Source of the DNA: Tubiluchus corallicola
Lineage: Eukaryota; Animalia; Priapulida
Direction: 5' to 3'
Assembly: GCA_030141605.1 (NCBI GenBank)
Contig: JAQGDQ010002109.1
Location: forward strand, 1-14,668
Length of the DNA stretch: 14,668 nucleotides
The notes below the pieces were generated by a model. The model saw nothing but the letters and a program-made list of their open reading frames with translations, was not told where the DNA came from and made no database searches. A program made the position numbers and the translations under genes. Shown here piece by piece: positions 9,481 through 14,668 of the stretch (positions are counted from its first letter, which is position 1; the number at the start of each line of letters is the position of its first letter).

Positions 9481-10233
9481 ATTATTATAAGTATATGAAA
9501 CTAGCTATAAGTATATATGTATCAAAGCAGTAATTTTTACATTTAACAATAAATTTTGGAAAAAAAATAAAAACAAAAAGTAAAAACGAGCATTTCTAAA
9601 CAGCGTTCGCTGCTCTTTCTTCTGCATGACTAAAATGACGTTTTCCCAATTTGTAATTATTGATTTTTTGCATTATGCGCTTGAGAAAAGAAAAATAAAT
9701 TATTATCTATGTCTATCTATGTCCTTGTCTATGAATTTCTAAGCAGCTGGTAGAAGATTAATCAAAAAACTTACTTGAACAAATTAAATAAATAAAATAA
9801 TATCAGTTTTTGTCTTTTTCAGTGCGGAGAACCAATCAGCAACGACTAGCATCATCATCGTCGTCATCATCAACAAAACCATTACCGACAAGTCGAAATC
9901 TGAGCAGCTTCAATACAACGTTGTCGGCAGGATAAAGAAATTGGACACAAATTTTTTCAGTTAGAACTTCAATAATATAAACTAAGATCCAAAAATGTGG
10001 CACATTGAGTCTTACAAAGTCCTGGCAGATTTTTCAAGATTAGTCAACGATCAAGCAAATGAACTGCTGGACAAGAACTCGACCAAAATTCTTGTGAACA
10101 ACATAAACTATGTTTTGTTATTAGAAGTGAAGCCACATGACGAGTTTTCTTAAGCTGATAGTGATGTCGTACTGAGCTCATAATTGTGAGGTCTTTATAA
10201 GCTCATAAAGATCACGTCATGCTGAGCTCATGA

Positions 10234-11115
10234 CATGACGTCAACATGAGCTCATAACTGTGACATCAGTATGACATCAGACTGATGAACTCGTACGTAC
10301 CTCCTAACATGACATCAACATGAGCTCATAACCGTGACATCAGTATGACATCAGACTGATGAACTCATACATACCTCATGACATGACGTCAGCATGAGCT
10401 CATAACCGTGACATCAGTATGACATCAGACTGATGAACTCGTACGTACCTCCTAACATGACGTCAACATGAGCTCATAACCGTGACATCAGTATGATCTC
10501 AGACTGATAAACACATGACATGACGTCAACATGAGCTCATAACTGTGACATCAGTATGACATCAGACTGATGAACTCGTACATACCTCATAACATGACGT
10601 CAACATGAGCTTATAACTGTGTCATCAGTATGACATCAGACCGATGAACTCGTACGTACCTCCTAACATGACGTCAACATGAGCTCATAACCGTGACATC
10701 AGTATGACATCAGACTGATGAACTCATACATACCTCATGACATGACGTCAGCATGAGCTCATAACCGTGACATCAGTATGACATCAGACTGATGAACTCG
10801 TACATACCTCATAACATGACATCAACATGAGCTCATAACCGTGACATCAGTATGATCTCAGATTGATGAACTCGTACATACCTCATAACATGACGTCAGC
10901 ATGAGCTCATAACCGTGACATCAGTACGATCTCAGATTGATGAACTCGTACATACCTCATAACATGACGTCAACATGAGCTCATAACTGTGACATCAGTA
11001 TGACATCAGACAGATGAACTCGTACGTACCTCATAACATGACGGTCAGCATGAGCTCATAACCGTGACATCAGTATGATCTCAGATTGATGAACTCGTAC
11101 ATACCTCATGGCATG
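10234..11115. repeat. 74-bp tandem satellite, 12 units, rich in TGANNTCA palindromic octamers
   Basis: GAGCT anchor at 10248, 10322, 10396, 10470, 10533, 10607, 10681, 10755, 10829, 10903, 10977, 11052 (period 74; one 63, one 75). Consensus CATGACGTCAACATGAGCTCATAACCGTGACATCAGTATGACATCAGACTGATGAACTCGTACATACCTCATAA. Confidence 0.98.
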
Positions 11116-11345
11116 TTTAGATTTTCAGATTAGATTAGATTTGTTTACTAATAATTACGCAGGTAAGAACTAACAAAAAGGAAATTAGTCCAACAAGAAC
11201 ATGTAACAATTAAAATAACTTGAAACAATCAGACACAAAATTGACGACTAGCTTACTATCCTGGTGAATGAAAATGTTTAATAAAGTGTCTTTGTTAATA
11301 TCATTGAAAACAGTCTTGTTTCTGACACGTGCTTTTCAACTTTTC
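11116..11345 (-). mobile_element. Probable short retroposon 3'-end insertion with (AATCT)n tail
   Basis: Unrelated sequence interrupts the TGANNTCA tract, which resumes at ~11350; the minus strand ends in a T/G-rich UTR-like stretch then AAACAAATCTAATCTAATCTGAAAATCTAAA, a tail style seen in CR1/L2-group elements. Family not established. Confidence 0.4.
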
Positions 11346-12789
11346 ACAAATTTAACTCAATGAGTTCATGATTTTGATCTGATTTTGAGCTTAAGCGTGA
11401 GGTCACTGTGACATCACTATGACATCAGATTCGTGACTGTGAGAAGTGTAGGGCTATATAGTGCATGGTATCAATAAATGATCGCTTTCCTCTGTGCGGG
11501 AAGAAAACAAAAAAGATCAGATAAAAACCAAGAAAGTCTTGAGAAAGGGCTTTTAATTTTAAAGGACAAGAAAAGACGTACCCGAAGTAGGTTTCAGAAA
11601 AATCGCCTTAATATTATATTACTTTACAGCAATTTTATGCGTATATCGTATTCGCGTTAAGAGGAATTTTTGTTTGTTTTCATTTTGTATCTCCCGCAAT
11701 ACTGTTCCGAAATCGCCATTAAATGACGTCACCTACGAAACCGTAAATCAGGGGAAGAATAGACAATGTTAAATTATGTCCCAAAAAACTGTCCATGCAA
11801 ACATATATTACTCAGTATTTCGCTTACCTGCTGGAAAGACTTATGTAACTAGAAAAGAAAATTATTAATTATTAAAATGGTTTCACCAATTTCTTAAATG
11901 ACTCATACTCCACGGCGCACCACTAACTAACAAAAAACTTATTTTAATCTTATCGACAAGATACAGTAATTAAAAATTTTACTTACTTAGTGACGTGTAT
12001 GCTGCGAATGCTCTGATTATTTTTCAAACTTCACGCATTGTTGTGTCAATTTGTGTCAAACGACTTACCTTTAAAATGGCTGCTCCTAACGGTCATTGTG
12101 GGAGTTTAAATTTACATGTTTACGCAGCGTTGCTGCGAACGCAAGCCCAACATGCAAAAAGGCAGTATGTAAGTAATATAAAATTTCAAGACGAAGTTTT
12201 ATCTAAGTGGAGCGATTTATTTCACTATCTACTACTGCTGTAAATCCGAGCTCTCAGAGTCGTTAATAGACGGGAATATGAATCATATTGGTATCTCAAT
12301 GGGAATGGTGTCATGATTTATTCATTCAAGAACTGCGTCGAATTTTAATCCCTGGCAAAATATTTTAAAAAACAAATTAAACAAGAAATATTATATGATA
12401 TAAAGTGGTAAAAACATTTAGTTTTCCGGGTCTTTGCACTTACATGTCGCATAATACAATGTATAACACTGCAAAGACTAGGCATAATGCTGTGGCATAA
12501 TGTAGGGGGGCGGGCGTGGTAAGTGTAATAGCACTAAGGGTCTCTTTTAATATTCTGTAGAAAGCATGAAATAGCATTAAAGAAGTTGTGAAGTAAATTG
12601 AAAAACAATCTAGATGGGGTTTTGTGTTTGAAAGAATTTTCAACATTCAAATTTCGTAGTTTCTTGACTAATATTGATTATTCTGCGGTACTGTTTGTGT
12701 AATTTACGATTTTTAAATAAACGATGGAAAATTGTAAAAAATGGAAGTTTTTTCTTGTTTAACTTCCATGATTAGTTTCTTTGAAGAAG

Positions 12790-12842
12790 TGTCGTCATCG
12801 TCGCTGTTGTCATCGTCATCGTTATTGTCATCGTCATTATGA
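12790..12842. repeat. Degenerate (TCG/TCA)n trinucleotide tract
   Basis: GTCGTCATCGTCGCTGTTGTCATCGTCATCGTTATTGTCATCGTCATTAT. Confidence 0.75.
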
Positions 12843-13263
12843 CTGACGTCCACGACCAGTACACTAGGCCATACAGCTGTGACGATGTTGATTATACAAA
12901 AATAAAATGTGGCTTAGTTGTCATTATTTATGCATGCATTTTCTATTCTTGACTTCCTTATATGGTCACAATTTTGTTCAACCATCGTTCACATTTGGTC
13001 GTTCACATCGTTCACATTACAATACAAACTCGTGTCCTAGGTCTTGTTTATATATGGAGTTCACATGTTTACTTGTATAAAGACCCGAAACGTTTCTGTT
13101 AGTTTAATAAGAACACGATATAAACTTGTGCAGTTCCAAAGTAGGGTCTAATTTACGTGGTTCTGAATTTAATGACAAATGTGTGGACAGATGTTAGAAA
13201 CCATTTGAAATGTTTCTGAAATTCAGAATTTCAGACAGTAAGTAAAGGTATATATTTTTAAGC

Positions 13264-13316
13264 TTTATTTATTATTATTGTTGTTGTTGTTATTATTATT
13301 ATTATTATTACTGTTA

Positions 13317-13403
<87 letters not shown>

Positions 13404-13447
13404 TACTACTACTACTACTACTATTATTATTATTATTATTATTATTA
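13264..13447. repeat. (ATT)n microsatellite with GTT and ACT blocks; likely tail of the adjacent minus-strand LINE
   Basis: Read directly; on the minus strand (AAT)n starts just after AATAAA (TTTATT at 13454-13459). Confidence 0.97.
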
Positions 13448-13552
13448 ACATAATTTATTTTCGAACATACGTGTACAGATAAGTTACATAAGTGGTTCAA
13501 TTAAAAGAAATTAGTAGGCTGGTAGTAAAAGTGAAAATTTATATTAAACACT

Positions 13553-13583
13553 AACAACAACAACAACAAAAACAACGGCAACA

Positions 13584-13624
<41 letters not shown>

Positions 13625-13642
13625 AACAACAACAACAACAAC
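13553..13642. repeat. (CAA)n/(CGA)n compound microsatellite
   Basis: Read directly. Confidence 0.96.
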
Positions 13643-14210
13643 ATGCACGAATATTATTTACATACAAAGCAATTAATTTAAAACGATACCACATATTCTA
13701 ACATCTTTCTCAATTGATACTTTGATAAAAAATTAAAATTCTTGCTTTCAATACAATTTATACAATCCTTTGCTAAGTTTATTGTCGCTAGTTGCCTGGA
13801 ACTGAACTCGCATCTTTTTACAAATTTACGAGATAGTTCACGAAAGTTTGAAAGTAAGTCTTCTAGGGTAACATTATTTTCTATAAGAATTTTATACAAG
13901 TTGAAACCCATTATTGAGTTTACATCATGTAATGTACGTTTGGCTATAAAGTTAATTGTCGAGTTTCTACTATATTTACATGCTATATAAAATTCAAGAA
14001 ACCGTTTAGCAAAATGCTTATCGGGGCTGAACGGTCCCAGCAATATTGGGAAAATTACGTAAGCTTAGTACAGCTCTAAAATTTCATTGATATAAACACT
14101 GATGTTTAGTATCTTGTAACTGAAATCTAGCTTTAAGTAACTAATAGAATAATTATTATAGGCACCGCTTTATCATTAAACATCCGGTATATTGGCCTAC
14201 ATAGATAGCG

Positions 14211-14668
14211 TTAAAGGGCAAGAAAGCTGTGCAAAGCAAGGATAGAAGTGATGGATAAAAGATTGTTCAAACGGATAGGGAAGAATGGCTTATGAAGATT
14301 CAGCTCATGAGATGACAAACAATCGGATTGTTAGTTATAATCTAAAAGATAATTATAATTATATACTATAAGTATATAGTATACACATATACTATACTAT
14401 GGTGTACTACACTATACTGTGCTGTACTGTGCTGTGCTGTGCTGTGCTGTGCTATGCTATGTGTATTGTACTGTACTGTACTGTATACTATGCTATATAC
14501 TATTCTATATACTATACTATATACTATACTATATACTATTCTATATACTATACTATATACTATACTAATATACTATACTATACTCATACTATACTGTACT
14601 GTACTGTACTGTACTGTACTGTACTGTACTGTACTGTACTGTACTGTACTGTACTGTACTGTACTGTA
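14211..14668 (+). repeat. Right arm of long inverted repeat (unique segment plus compound satellite ending in (CTGTA)n), cut by window end
   Basis: TTAAAGGG...GCAAAGCAAGGATAGAAGTGATGGATAAAAGATTGTTCAAACGGATAGG... is the reverse complement of 9295 downward; satellite blocks occur in the same order. Confidence 0.95.

Larger units (their letters stand above)
13264..14064 (-). mobile_element. 5'-truncated non-LTR retrotransposon 3' end (ORF2 C-terminus, 3' UTR, tail); clade uncertain, possibly Proto2-like
   Basis: Open frame 14064-13678 AYVIFPILLGPFSPDKHFAKRFLEFYIACKYSRNSTINFIAKRTLHDVNSIMGFNL...LAKDCINC...LSKYQLRKMLEYV resembles the LLP...KRF.KF...C..S.N..V.FI......S..G.N C-terminus of invertebrate LINE RT proteins; followed by UTR, AATAAA and (AAT)n. 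Confidence 0.7.

Noticed and set aside
10024-10153. Short frame ADFSRLVNDQANELLDKNSTK resembling the N-terminus of Crypton-related proteins
   Set aside because: Too short, no start codon and no tyrosine-recombinase sequence nearby; would need a BLASTX hit.
10280-11100. Hammerhead ribozyme or retrozyme satellite (CTGATGA in many units)
   Set aside because: No stem II and no GAAA core follow CTGATGA in the unit.
10234-11115. CRISPR array
   Set aside because: Units are near-identical over their full length with no unique spacers; no cas genes; eukaryotic context.
6773-12646. Short ORFs at 6773, 7723, 8163, 9268, 11478, 11995, 12440
   Set aside because: No recognisable domains, mostly non-ATG starts, lengths expected by chance; hidden small exons cannot be excluded without transcript data.
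13070-13100. CCGAAACGT as Penelope-like hammerhead remnant
   Set aside because: No upstream CTGANGA core or pairing stems.
13258-13990. Poly-Asn ORF 13258..13500 and ORF 13742..13990
   Set aside because: First is (AAT)n; second is antisense to the LINE remnant.
9288-14218. Kolobok-type termini (CCCTTTAA / TTAAAGGG) at inner ends of the inverted arms
   Set aside because: No matching opposite terminus at the far side of the left copy (~8600), and the reading frame continues through the TTAA; kept only as an alternative.

Overview
AT-rich, repeat-dominated eukaryotic DNA, most likely an invertebrate animal (inferred from the LINE types and microsatellite load; taxon not determinable). No intact protein-coding gene, RNA gene or CRISPR array can be supported; most listed ORFs are translations of simple repeats or antisense shadows of retrotransposon remnants. 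Contents: (i) a stack of four decayed minus-strand RTE-clade LINE fragments in the first 3.3 kb, interleaved with a 21/24-bp minisatellite and a (CAT)n tract that is the 3' tail of one copy; (ii) two diverged copies of a ~140-bp module (4015, 6257), each near promoter-like motifs and ending at a splice-donor-like site; (iii) a >=450-bp inverted repeat pair (~8830-9295 and 14211-window end) made of a unique segment plus a compound pentanucleotide satellite, enclosing ~4.9 kb; (iv) a 12 x 74-bp satellite built from phased TGANNTCA octamers, including 9 perfect CRE sites; (v) another 5'-truncated LINE 3' end with an (AAT)n tail; (vi) several microsatellites. I see no clear evidence of a wholly new biological system; the best leads are the inverted satellite-tailed element, the 74-bp octamer array and the duplicated candidate first exons.
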